Shown: piece after piece, positions 25,350 to 36,292 of the stretch | Layout: each line of letters begins with the position of its first letter | Numbering within the stretch: position 1 is the first letter of the stretch | Assembly: GCA_963765765.1 (NCBI GenBank) | Contig: CAVXYC010000015.1 | Location: 760,452-824,451, forward strand | Direction: 5' to 3' | Length of the DNA: 64,000 nt | Origin: an uncultured Chloroflexia bacterium | GTDB lineage: Bacteria > Chloroflexota > UBA6077 > JACCZL01 | The notes under the pieces: generated by a model | Told to the model about the DNA's origin: nothing | Database searches by the model: none | Seen by the model: the letters and a program-made list of their open reading frames with translations, nothing else | Program-made: the position numbers and the translations under genes

Positions 25350-26599
25350 TCATCCACACCCGCTCACTCGCGAGTGGCGCTTGCGGTAGTGCTCGAGGAA
25401 CCTCGCGATGCGGCCGATCGCCTCGCGCAGGTCGTCCTCATGCGGCAGGAACACGATGCGGAAGTGGTCCGGCTCGGCCCAGTTGAAGCCGGTGCCCTGC
25501 ACCAGCATCACGCGCGTTTCCTGCAGCAGCTCAGGAAGAACTGGCGGTCGTCCTCGATCGGGTAGACCTTCGGGTCGAGCCGCGGGAACATGTACAGCGC
25601 GGCCTTGGGCTTCACGCAGGTGACGCCGGGGATGGCGGTGATCAGCTCGTAGGCCAGGTCGCGCTGGCGGCGCAGGCGGCCGCCCGGGCCGACCAGCTCG
25701 TTGATGCTCTGGTAGCCGCCCAGCGCCGTCTGGATCGCCCACTGGCCCGGCACGTTGGCGCACAGCCGCATGTTCGAGAGCATGTTCAGGCCCTCGATGT
25801 AGTCGGCGCGCGGCGCTTCTTGTCGCCCGACACCACCATCCAGCCGGCGCGGTAGCCGCACGAGCGGTAGCTCTTGGACAGCGAGTTGAAGGTGAGCGTC
25901 AGCACGTCGTCCGACAGGCTGGCGATCGCCGTGTGCTTCGCGCCGTCGTACAGCACCTTGTCGTAGACCTCGTCGGCGAAGATCACCAGCCCGTGCTCGC
26001 GCGCGATGCTCGACGATCTGCGCAGCAGCTCGTCGGAATACAGCGCGCCGGTCGGGTTGTTCGGGTTGATGACGACGATGCCCTTGGTGCGCGGCGTGAT
26101 CTTGCGGCGGATGTCGTCGAGGTCGGGCATCCAGCCGTTGGCCTCGTCGCACAGGTAGTGCACCGGCGTGCCGCCCGACAGCGCCGCGACGGCGGTCCAC
26201 AGCGGATAGTCGGGCGACGGGCAGCAGCAGCTCGTCGCCCTCGTTGAGCAGCGCGTTGGTGGCCATCGCGATCAGCTCGCTCGCGCCGTTGCCGAGGTAG
26301 ATGTCGTCGAGCGTGACGCCCTGGATGCCCTGCTGCTGGGTGTAGTGCATCACCGCCTTGCGCGCGCGCGAAGATGCCCTTGCTGTCCGAGTAGCCCGCC
26401 GAGTTCGGCAGGTTGCGGATCATGTCCTGCTGGATCTCCTCGGGCGCGTCGAAGCCGAACACGGCGAGGTTGCCGATGTTCAGCTTGATGATCTTGTGGC
26501 CCTCTTCCTCCATCTGCCGCGCCGCATCCATGATGGGGCCGCGGATGTCGTAGCAGACGTTGGCGAGCTTGCTCGATTTCGCATGGTTCTCACGCGCAT
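25350..26599 (-). CDS. alaA: PLP-dependent alanine aminotransferase (AlaA/AlaT type), frameshifted
   Basis: KSSKLANVCYDIRGP, KLNIGN, GNGASELI, INPNNPTG, SLSKSYRSCGYRAGW. Confidence 0.85.
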
Positions 26600-26627
26600 T
26601 CTCCTCGGCGCCAACGCCCGGAAAAAC

Positions 26628-27600
26628 CTATAATTTGACCATACGGGTCGCAGCTTCCATCGCGTTGCGCGTGAGCTCCGCCTGCGCCAGCACCCAACGT
26701 GCGAATTCCGCCACTTCGGGCGCGATTGGCCGCTGCGAGGCACGAGCAGTAGGCGTTGCGCGATCGATCCGACCGGCCGGGCCGAACGGCTCGATCAGTT
26801 CGCCGCTGGCGAGCGACTCGGCGACGAGCGCCACCGGCCGAGCGCGACGCGACTGGCCGGTCAGCGCGGCCTGCACCTGCTGGTGAGTGAAATTGAAGAC
26901 GATCCAGCGCGCGCGGCTGCAGCTGACCTCGCCCTTGACCGAGCAGCCAGTGGTGCCAGCTCAGCAGGGCGGCGCTCGGCGAATGGTCCTCTTCCTGGCG
27001 AGCGCGTGCAGCGCCGAGATCGGCCGGGCGTGAGCGGCGGAGCCTGGCCGCTCGCGATCTGCTCGGCGAGCCAGCGGCCGATCACCGGCGTCAGCATCTC
27101 GCCGAACAGCCGCAGCGCAGTAGGCGGCGCCTGCTCGGCGAGCGCAGTAGCGCAGCGCCATGTCGAGATCGGGCTCGTCGAGCCCGACCAGCTTGTCGAG
27201 AGGCGGACACGCGGATGTCGATGTCGGCATGCGAGCGCTGGAAGGCTTCGAGCCGCGGGATCAGCCAGAGCGACGAGAACGACGCGAAGGTCGTGACGCT
27301 GACGACGTTGCGCCCGCGCCCGACACGGATCTGGCGCACGGTCGCATCGAGGCGATCGAGCGTGGGCGCGACGTGCGACGCAGCGAGCGCTGCGCCGTCG
27401 CTGGTGATCTCGACGTGGCGAGTGCCGCGCATGAAGAGCGGCGCGCCGAGCTCGGCTTCGAGCGAGCTGATCTGGCGGCTGACCGCCGACTGCGTCAGAT
27501 GCAGCTCTTCGGCGGCGGCCCGGAAGTTGAGCAGACGCGCGACCGCCTCGAAGGCGCGGATCGGACCGACGGGCAACGGACGGTGACGGGCGTCGCTCAT
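26628..27600 (-). CDS. LysR family regulator (GcvA-like), frameshifted
   Basis: IRAFEAVARLLNFRAAAEELHLTQSAVSRQI, WLIPRLEAF. Confidence 0.85.
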
Positions 27601-27702
27601 CACGCTCTATTCATGACTCATAGCGTCATCAATCAACGGTTCGATGTCATTGGACCGCGCCTCCGGAGCTCTCTAGGATTCAGGCATCAACCAGGAGCAG
27701 CC

Positions 27703-28098
27703 ATGAACTCTACACTGATGCACAAGTCGCAACGATCTGGGGATTCGATCTGGTCCCTGCCGGCGCAGACGTCGAGGACGCTGCGCGTGGGCCCGGGCGC
27801 GCGCGTGCTCCAGGTCGCAGGAGGGCCGGCTCTGGCTGACGACTGTCGGGCAACGCCGACCGAAGCGGCTACCGACCTGTGGCTGGAGGCCGGGCGAGAG
27901 CGTCGAGCTGGCCGATGGTCTCGAAGTCGTGATGGAGGCTGGCCGGCAGCTCGCTACCAGCTGATGGTTCCGCCGTCGGTGTGCCGCGGCCGGCACGACC
28001 GCGGCGCTCGCCGTTGGCGCGCGCAGCCGGCTGGCTGGCCGATCTCGTCGCGCACCGCATGCCGCGGCCTGTCGCCGAACCGCGGCTTCGCGCACTGA
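27703..28098 (+). CDS. DUF2917-like small cupin protein, frameshifted
   Basis: RBS CCAGGAG; LQVA.G.LWLT...DLWL..GESVEL..G.EVVME pattern; divergent from LysR. Confidence 0.6.
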   Translation: MNSTLMHKSQRSGDSIWSLPAQTSRTLRVGPGARVLQVAGGPALADDCRATPTEAATDLWLEAGRERRAGRWSRSRDGGWPAARYQLMVPPSVCRGRHDRGARRWRAQPAGWPISSRTACRGLSPNRGFAH

Positions 28099-28201
28099 TC
28101 GACGCGATCGGCGGCCCGGTGCGAGATGCCCGCACCGCAGCCGACGCGTGCGTCGGCTGATGCATCATCGCCGGCTCGAAGGATGGACGAGCCAGGCGAC
28201 C

Positions 28202-28584
28202 ATGAAGCTGCAGGCAGACCGCATGGAGGGCCAGAACGCGATCTCGCGCCATGGTCCCGACGGCATCATCGTCAACGGGGTCGAGTACCGCGAGAGCGTC
28301 GATCGTGCCCTGGCGCGGCGCGGTCGCCGCCTGGGGCGTCGATGACTTCGAGCGCTGTCGGCCGAGCACTTCGAGACGCTCGCCGCGCTGGCTCCCGAGG
28401 TCGTGATCTTCGGCAGCGGCAGCCGCATGCGCTTTCCGAAGCCGGCGTTGCTGCAGCCGCTGATGGCGCGCCGGATCGGCATCGAGACGATGGACACGGC
28501 CGCGGCCTGCCGCACCTACAACATCTGCTGGCCGAAGGCGCGCGCGTCGTCGCGGCGCTGCTTTTCGAGGCGCCCCGTCCCTGA
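28202..28584 (+). CDS. Mth938-like domain protein, frameshifted
   Basis: MKLQADR...PEVVIFGSG.R.RFP...GIETMDTAAACRTYNI. Confidence 0.85.
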
Positions 28585-28677
28585 TCCGGGTGCGCCGGCA
28601 GGGGCCGGCCGGAGGGGCTCAGCCCCTATAATCTGCGGCTACGCCTGGACCAGTGGCGCAACCGAACAGAATACTTC

Positions 28678-29152
28678 ATGACGCCTGCTCTCAACAAACC
28701 CATCCGGAATTTGAAGCGATCGCCACCGGCGGCGTCAAGTTCACGCCCAGGCCTATACCGGCAAGATCGTCGTGCTGTACTTCTACCCGAAGGACAACAC
28801 GCCCGGCTGCACGACCGAAGCGATGCAGTTCCGCGACCAGTACAAGGAATTCGTGAAGGCCGGCGCCGTGCGTGTTCGGCGTCTCGCGCGACAACATGAA
28901 GTCGCACGACAAGTTCAAGCCAAGCTCGAGCTGCCGTTCGAGCTGATCGCCGACACCGAAGAGAAGCTGTGCCACATGTTCGGCGTGGTCAAGAACAAGA
29001 TCATGTACGGCAAGAAGGTCAAGGGCATCGAGCGCAGCACCTTCCTGATCGGCGCCGACGGCGTGCTGCGAGCCGAGTGGCGCGGCCTGAAGGTCGCCGG
29101 CCACGTCGACGAGGTGCTCAAGGCCGTCAAGGCCATCAAGAAGGCGGCCTGA
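28678..29152 (+). CDS. bcp: Peroxiredoxin Bcp/PrxQ, frameshifted
   Basis: LYFYPKDNTPGCTTEA, ERSTFLI; TATAAT at 28627-28632 upstream. Confidence 0.9.
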
Positions 29153-29219
29153 CGCGCCGCGCCTTCGTTCCGCGCGCACCCTGCGGTCGCTCGACCGTCC
29201 TTCATCCGAGCCGTCCCCC

Positions 29220-30903
29220 ATGCCACTGCCCAAGCCCCCGCCAAGCGCGCGGCGCTGCTGAGCGCCGACGACTTCGTCGCGCAATCCGCGGCCCAACCCG
29301 GCAAGCGGTCGCAGCGCCCGCGGCCGAGCGACGAGCCGCGCCTGCCGGCCGTGCTCGAGCTGAACGACGCACGCGCCGGCCGGCGCGCGCCGTCCGGCCC
29401 GCGCGTCGAAGCGCCCGGCGCCTGCCGCAGCGCCGCCGCGCCGCTGCGCCGGCCGATGCCGACGGCGCCGCATCCGGCCAAGAAGCCGCGCGGCACCGGC
29501 CCGGCCAAGCTGTTCGTGCTCGACACCAACGTGCTGATGCACGACCCGATGAGCCTGTTCCGCTTCGAGGAGCACGACATCTTCCTGCCGATGATCACGC
29601 TCGAGGAGCTCGACGGCCACAAGAAGGGCATGACCGAAGTCGCGCGCAACGCGCGCCAGGTCAGCCGCGACCTCGACGCGCTGGCGGCCAACATGCCGAG
29701 CCGCGATGCGTCGCGGCCTCAGCGACGGCCTGCAGCTCGAACCAGCACCGGCCACCGCGAAGCCGGCGGCAAGCTGTTCTTCCAGACCAACCTGGTCGAC
29801 GTCGACCTGCCGGCCGGCCTGCCGCAGGGCAAGGCCGACAACCAGATCCTGGGCGTGGTGCAAGGCGCTGCGCGAGCAGCAGCCGGGGCGCGACGTGGTG
29901 CTGGTGTCGAAGGACATCAACATGCGCGTCAAGGCGCGCGCGCTGGGCCTGCCGGCCGAGGACTACTTCAACGACAAGACGCTGGACGACGGCGACCTGC
30001 TGTACACCGGCGTGCTGCCGCTGCCGGCCGACTTCTGGGAGCGCCACGGCAAGACGATGGAGAGCTGGCAGCAGGGCGGCCACACCTTCTACCGGATCAG
30101 CGGGCCGATGGTGCCGGTCCTGCTGATCAACCAGTTCGTCTACCTCGAGGCGCCCGGCGCCGCGCCGCTGTACGCCAGGGTCACCGAGATCACCGGCAAG
30201 ACCGCGGTGCTGCGCACGCTGAAGGACTACACCCACCAGAAGAACGCGGTCTGGGGCGTCACCGCGCGCAACCGCGAGCAGAACTTCGCGATGAACCTGC
30301 TGATGGACCCGGAGTGCGACTTCATCACGCTGACCGGCACGGCCGGCACCGGCAAGACGCTGATGGCGCTGGCCGCCGGCCTGACGCAGGTGATGGACGA
30401 CCGCCGCTACACCGAGATCATCATGACCCGCGTCACGGTGCCGGTCGGCGAGGACATCGGCTTCCTGCCCGGCACCGAGGAAGAGAAGATGGGCCCGTGG
30501 ATGGGCGCGCTCGACGACAACCTCGAGGTGCTGGCCAAGACCGACACCGGCGCCGGCGAATGGGGCCGCGCGGCCACCAACGACCTGGTGCGCAGCGAAG
30601 ATCAAGATCAAGAGCCTGAACTTCATGCGCGGCCGCACCTTCCTGAACAAGTACGTGATCATCGACGAGGCGCAGAACCTGACGCCCAAGCAGATGAAGA
30701 CGCTGATCACGCGCGCCGGCCCGGGCACCAAGATCGTCTGCCTGGGCAACCTCGCGCAGATCGACACGCCCTACCTGACCGAGGGCAGCTCGGGCCTGAC
30801 CTTCGCGGTCGACCGGTTCAAGGGCTGGCCGCACTGCGGCCACATCACGCTGGCGCGCGGCGAGCGCTCGCGGCTGGCGGACTTCGCGTCCGAAGTGCTC
30901 TAG
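29220..30903 (+). CDS. PIN-PhoH fusion protein (PhoH2/YlaK-like) with low-complexity N-terminus, frameshifted
   Basis: FVLDTNVLMHDP, ADNQIL, VSKDINMR (PIN); GTAGTGKT, MRGRTF, IIDEAQN, GNLAQID (PhoH ATPase). Confidence 0.9.
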
Positions 30904-30968
30904 CCGCGGTACCTGCGGAGCCGCGCCGTCGAGGGCCTCGTGCGCCCTGACCGGCAGCTGCTCCGCGG

Positions 30969-32897
30969 TCAGCCGTCGCGACGACCTCGCGCAGTGCCTG
31001 CAGCGCGCGCCGGGTCCTCGATCGTCGTCAGGTCGCCCGGATCGCGGCCTTCGCAGACCGCCTGGATCGCGCGCCGCAGCAGCTTGCCCGAGCGCGTCTT
31101 CGGCAGCACGTTGACGAAGTGCACGCGCGCCGGCCGCGCCAGCGCGCCGAGCTGCGTCGTCGACCGTCTTCATGATGTCGCCTTCGAGCCTCAGGCGCGC
31201 CGGCGGCATCGCCGAGCGCGCGCGGCGTCCTTGCGCGACGACGAAGGCCATCGCGACCTGGCCCTTCAGCGCATCGGCCACGCCGACCACCGCGACCTCG
31301 GCGACGTTCGGATGGCTCGAGATGCTCTCCTCGATCTCGCGCGTGCCGAGCCGGTGGCCGGCGACGTTGATGACGTCGTCGGTGCGGCCGAGGATGAAGT
31401 AGTAGCCGTCGGCGTCGCGGATGCCCCAGTCGAAGGTGTTGTAGACGCAGCCGGCCCGGGATGCTGTCCCAGTAGGTCTCGCACGAAGCGCGCGTCGTCG
31501 CGCCACACCGTCTGCATGCAGCCGGGCGGCATCGGCCCCTCGATCACGACGACGCCCTTGCGGTTCGGCTCGACGATGTCCTGCGCCGGTCGTCTCGTCG
31601 ATCAGCTTGACGTCGTAGCCGTACATCGGCACGCCCGGGCTGCCGAACTTGCTCGGCGTCGGCTCGACGCCGTTGGCGACCGTCAGGATCGGCCAGCCGC
31701 TCTCGGTCTGCCAGTAGTTGTCGATGATCGGCTTGCCGAGCGCCTCGGCGATCCACGACGCGGTCGGCTCGTCGAGCGGCTCGCCGGCCAGGAACAGCGC
31801 GCGCAGCGACGACAGGTCGTGACTCGCGCAGGTACGCCGGGTCCTGCTTCTTCAGCACGCGCATCGCGGTCGGCGCGCTGAACATCGCGGTCACCTGGTA
31901 CTTCTCGACCAGGCGCCACCAGATGCCGGCGTCGGGCCGGATCGGCAGGCCTTCGTAGAGGATCGTCGCCATGCCGGCGATCAGCGGCCCGTAGACGATG
32001 TAGCTGTGGCCGACGACCCAGCCGATGTCGCTGGTCGAGAAGTAGGTCTCGCCGGCGTTGCCGCAGAAGATGTGCTTCATGCTCGCGGCCAGCGCGACCG
32101 CGTAGCCGCCGGTGTCGCGCTGCACGCCCTTCGGCGTGCCGGTGGTGCCGCTGGTGTAGAGCGTGTAGCTCGGGTGCGTCGACGTCGAGCCAGGCGCACG
32201 GCACGCGCGCGTCGCAGGTGGCGCTCGCGCAGCGCGGCGTAGTCCTCGTCGCGGCCGGCGACGCGCTCCATCGGCGCGAGGCCGCGGTCGACCAGCAGCA
32301 CCTTGGCCGGCTTGTGGCGCGCCAGCCGGATCGCCTCGTCGAGCAGCGGCTTGTAGGCGATGACCTTGCCGGCGCGGCTGCCGGCGTCGGCGCTGACGAT
32401 GAGCACCGGCTCGGCGTCGTCGATGCGGCTCGCCAGGCTGCCGCTGGCGAAGCCGCCGAACACCACCGAGTGGATCGCGCCGATGCGCGCGCAGGCCAGC
32501 ATCGCGAACACCGCCTCGGGGATCATCGGCATGTAGATCAGCACGCGATCGCCCTGCGCCGACGCCGAGCGCCTGCAGGCAGGCCGCCATGCGCTGCACT
32601 TCGGCGTGCAGCTCGCGCGAAGCTGTAGACGCGCTCGGCGCCGGTCTCGGTCGAGACGCAGATCAGCGCGTTCTGCGCCGCCCGCGTCGGCGAGATGCCG
32701 GTCGACGGCGTTGTGGCACAGGTTGGTGCGGCCGCCGACGAACCAGCGCGCGAACGGCGGCCGGCTCGCGTCGCAGACGCGTGTCGAACGGGCGCTCCCA
32801 GTCGATCAGCCGCGCCTGCTCGGCCCAGAACGCGTCGCGATCGCTCGAGCGAGCGGCGGTGGAAGTCGGCGTAGCTGGGGGCGGTTGGCGAGGGCAT
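30969..32897 (-). CDS. prpE: Propionate--CoA ligase, frameshifted
   Basis: YTSGTTGTPKGVQRDTGGY, SDIGWVVGHSY, LAGEPLD, DNYWQTE, GRTDDVINVAGHRLGTREIE, PKTRSGK. Confidence 0.85.
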
Positions 32898-32899
32898 CG

Positions 32900-34497
32900 G
32901 AGCTCCGGCAGGAAGTCAGCGAATGATCGCCGCGGCGACTCGCTCGCGGCTTGCGGCAGATCAACCATCACCGGCTTGCCCGGCGGCGTGCAGCCGGTGT
33001 CGCAGCAGCGACCGGGCTGCTTGTTGCGCGGTGATGCGGCGCTGCGGGTCGTCGGCGAGGATGCCGCGGTTGAGCAGCCGCTCGACCAGCTCGACCTTGT
33101 TGCCGACCGGGTAGTTGCGCCAGATCTCCTGCTTCATCGCCGCCGGCGAGCCGCCGCCGTGCAGGCTGATCACCGAGTACCAGCCGCCCTGGTACGACGC
33201 GGTCAGGTCTTCGAGGAAGCGCGCGGCCTCGATGCGCTTGTCGTACGGCACGTCGGGGTTCGCGCGCAGCACCTCGGCCAGCGTCGCCGAGGTCGCCGGG
33301 TTGTGGTCTTCGTCCGGGCCGGGCAACGTGACGATCAGGCCGCCCGACACGTAGTGCGCGATCCGGTGCATGTCGTAGATCTGGGTCGCGAGCAGCAGCT
33401 TGCCGATGTTCGCGAACACCGGGTCCGGCATGAAGGTGCCGGAGTGCGGCGCGGCGGTCGCATAGACGCTCGCGGCGACGCCGCAGGCATAGAAGCCCTC
33501 GGTGATCTTGATCAGCTCGACCATCTGCTCGCGCAGGTGGGTCTCGCTGCCCGGATCGAAGCCGTTGGCCTCGCACATCAGCGCGCCGGCGCCGATCAGC
33601 AGGTCGCCGAAGCCGGCGCGGGCGCCGATGCAGGTGTGCCGATGGTGGGTCGCGTAGCTGTAGGTCAGCGCGGCCGAGTGCTCCCATTCGCCGGCCAGGA
33701 AGACGCGTTCCCACGGCACGAAGACGCGGTCGAAGACGAGCACGCCGGTCGACTGGCCGTAGCGGTTCGAGAACAGCGCCGCCTTCTCGCCGGGCCGGCC
33801 GGCCGGCCGCGCGACGATCGTCAGGCCGTCGGCGTCGCACGGCACCGCGCAACAGACCGCGAAGTCGGCATCGGCCTCGCTCATGTTGCGGCACGGCATG
33901 ACCATGAACTCGTGGACATACGGCGCCGCCGTCACGATCGCCTTGGTGCCGGAGATGACGATGCCCTGCGGCGTGCGCTCGACGATGTGGACGTAGCTGT
34001 CCGGATTGGCCTGCTGGTGCGGACGCCTGCTGCGGTCGCCCTTCGCGTCGGTCATCGCGATGCCGAGCGCTGATGTCGCGGTCCTGCGCGTCGTGCAGGT
34101 AGGCGAAGAAGCGCTCGCGGTAGGCGGTGCCCTTGTCGGCGTCGATCAGCGCGGTCGCCTGGTCGAGCGCGCTGAACGCGTCGTGCGCGAGATAGCGCTG
34201 CGCGCAGCCGGTCTCCTGGCAGAGCACGCGAACGGCCTCGAGCTTGTTCAGCAGGTCGCCGCTGCTCGTGTCGATGTGCAGCATCCGGTTCACGGTCTTG
34301 CCGCTGCTCGCCTGCACCGCGCGCATCAGCGGCGCCAGCTCGTCGCGCAACGCGTAGTCGTAGCTGACGCCGAGCGCGTTGATGCCGGGCTGCAGCGACG
34401 GCGCATCGGCGACGCTGTCGATCCGCTCGCCGTCGACGAACACGCGCGGCTTGTAGCGGCGCAGCGATTCCTTGTAGTCCGACGAGCTCATGAACAT
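32900..34497 (-). CDS. AbfD/HpaB-family flavoprotein (4-hydroxybutyryl-CoA dehydratase-like), frameshifted
   Basis: DYKESLRR..PRVFVDGE, AMTDAKGDRS, GIVISGTK, VFDRVFVPWERVF, GGLIVTLP, SLHGGGSP match AbfD end to end by eye. Confidence 0.8.
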
Positions 34498-34594
34498 GGC
34501 GACGGCATCCGCTGAAACGACCGGCTCATTCTAAGAAGGCGGCCCAGCGCAGAATGGCGCGGACCCGACTCTCGATCACCGCAAAGAGGTTGCC

Positions 34595-35132
34595 ATGACG
34601 CTGTGCCAGGCCGACCGTTCGACGTTGCTGATCATCGACCCGCAAGCGCGCCTGCTGCCGGCGATCCACGACGGCGACGCGTGGTCCGGCGCCTGGTCCA
34701 GCTCGCGACCGCAGCGCGCGAGCTGGGCATCCCGGTCATCGGCACCGAGGAGAACCCCGACGGGCTCGGCCCGAACGTCGTCGCAGTGCGCGCGCTCTGC
34801 GACCGGACCTTCGCCAAGTTCTTCTTCTCCGCGGTCTCGGAGCCCGGCTTCCTCGAACAGTTGCCGGCCGGTCGCGAGACGCTGGTCGTCGCCGGCTGCG
34901 AGGCCCATGTCTGCGTGATGCAGACGGTCGCGCGCCTGCTCGAGGCCGGCCGCCCGGTGCAAATGGGTCAGCGACGCCGTCGGCTCGCGACGACGCGTTC
35001 GATCGCGATGCCGCGACCGCCCGCGCCCGCGCCCTCGGCGCCGACATCGTGACGACCGAGATGGTCGTCTTCGAGTGGCTCGAGACCTGCAAGCACCCCG
35101 CCTTCCGATCGGTGCTGCAACTGATCCGCTGA
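34595..35132 (+). CDS. Isochorismatase-family cysteine hydrolase, frameshifted
   Basis: LLIIDPQARLLPAI, TEENPDGLG, AGCEAHVCVMQT, VTTEMVVFEW. Confidence 0.85.
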
Positions 35133-35160
35133 GCGCTGCGGCGCGTCGCGCTGCCGGCGT

Positions 35161-36150
35161 TCAGATCGTGACGACGACCCGGCCGCGGACCCGGCCTTCC
35201 ATCAGCCGTGGGCGTTCGCGACCGCATCGTCGAGCGGCACCTCGGTCGTCATCGCCTCGAGCGCGGCCGGGTCGAGGTCGCGCGCGAGCCGCTGCCACGC
35301 CTCGCGGCGCAGCGCGATCGGCGCCATCACGCTGTCGATGCCGGCCAGGGTGACGCCGCGCAGGATGAACGGCATCACCGTGCCCGGCAGGTCGCTGCCC
35401 TGCGCCAGGCCGCAGGCCGCGACCACGCCGCCGTAGCGCGTCTGCGCCAGCGCGTTGGCCAGCGTGTGGCTGCCGACCGCGTCGACGACGCGCGGCCCAG
35501 CGCTCCTTCTGCAGCGGCTTGCCGGCGCGCGGCGAGCTCGGCCCGGTCGATCACGTGCGCGAGCGCCGAGCTCGCGTCAGGTAGTCGCGCCTCGCTCGCC
35601 TTGCCGGTCGCGCAGGCCACGACGCGTGGCCGAGCTTCGCGAGCAGCGCCGATCGCGACGCTGCCGACGCCGCCGGTCGCGCCGGTGACCAGCACCTCGC
35701 CGTCGCCCGGCTTCAGCCCGTGCCGCTCGAGCGCCAGCACGCACAGCATCGCGGTGTAGCCGGCGGTGCCGATGCGCCATCGCCTGCCGGGTCGAGAAGC
35801 CGGACGGCAGCCGCGACCAGGCCGTCGCCGCGACAGCCGCGCCTGCTCGCGCCAGGCAGCCCCAGTGCGTCTCGCCGACGCCCCAGCCGTTGTGCGACGA
35901 CCCGGTCGCCGGCCTTCCAGTCGGATGGCGGCTCTCGCAGCACCGTGCCGGCGCCGTCGATGCCGGCGACCATCGGCCAGCTGCGCACGACCGGGCCCGG
36001 TTGGTGATCGCCAGGCCGTCCTTGTAGTTGAGCGTCGAGTGCTCGACCCGGACCAGCACGTCGGCCTCGCGGCAGGCGGGCTTCGTCGATCGACTGCACG
36101 CCGGCGCGAAAGCCGGCGTCGTCCTTTTCGAGCAGCAGGGCATGGAACAT
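35161..36150 (-). CDS. acuI: MDR-family oxidoreductase, acrylyl-CoA reductase AcuI/YhdH type, frameshifted
   Basis: [65 protein letters not shown]. Confidence 0.8.
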
Positions 36151-36292
36151 CGGAGACTCCTCGGTGGATCGACGAGGATAGCCGGCGCTGCGGCCCGCGG
36201 TACTAGCGGTCGGCGATCTCGCATGCGAACGTGCGTCGCCGGGCATTCCGCGCCGCGACGCCCGGCACGAGGGGAAGCGGCACAATCGAGGG

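Noticed and set aside
26627-26640. Plus-strand TATAAT at the LysR stop as an antisense promoter
   Set aside because: A lone hexamer with no -35 support, in an AT-rich patch more simply explained as the alaA upstream region.
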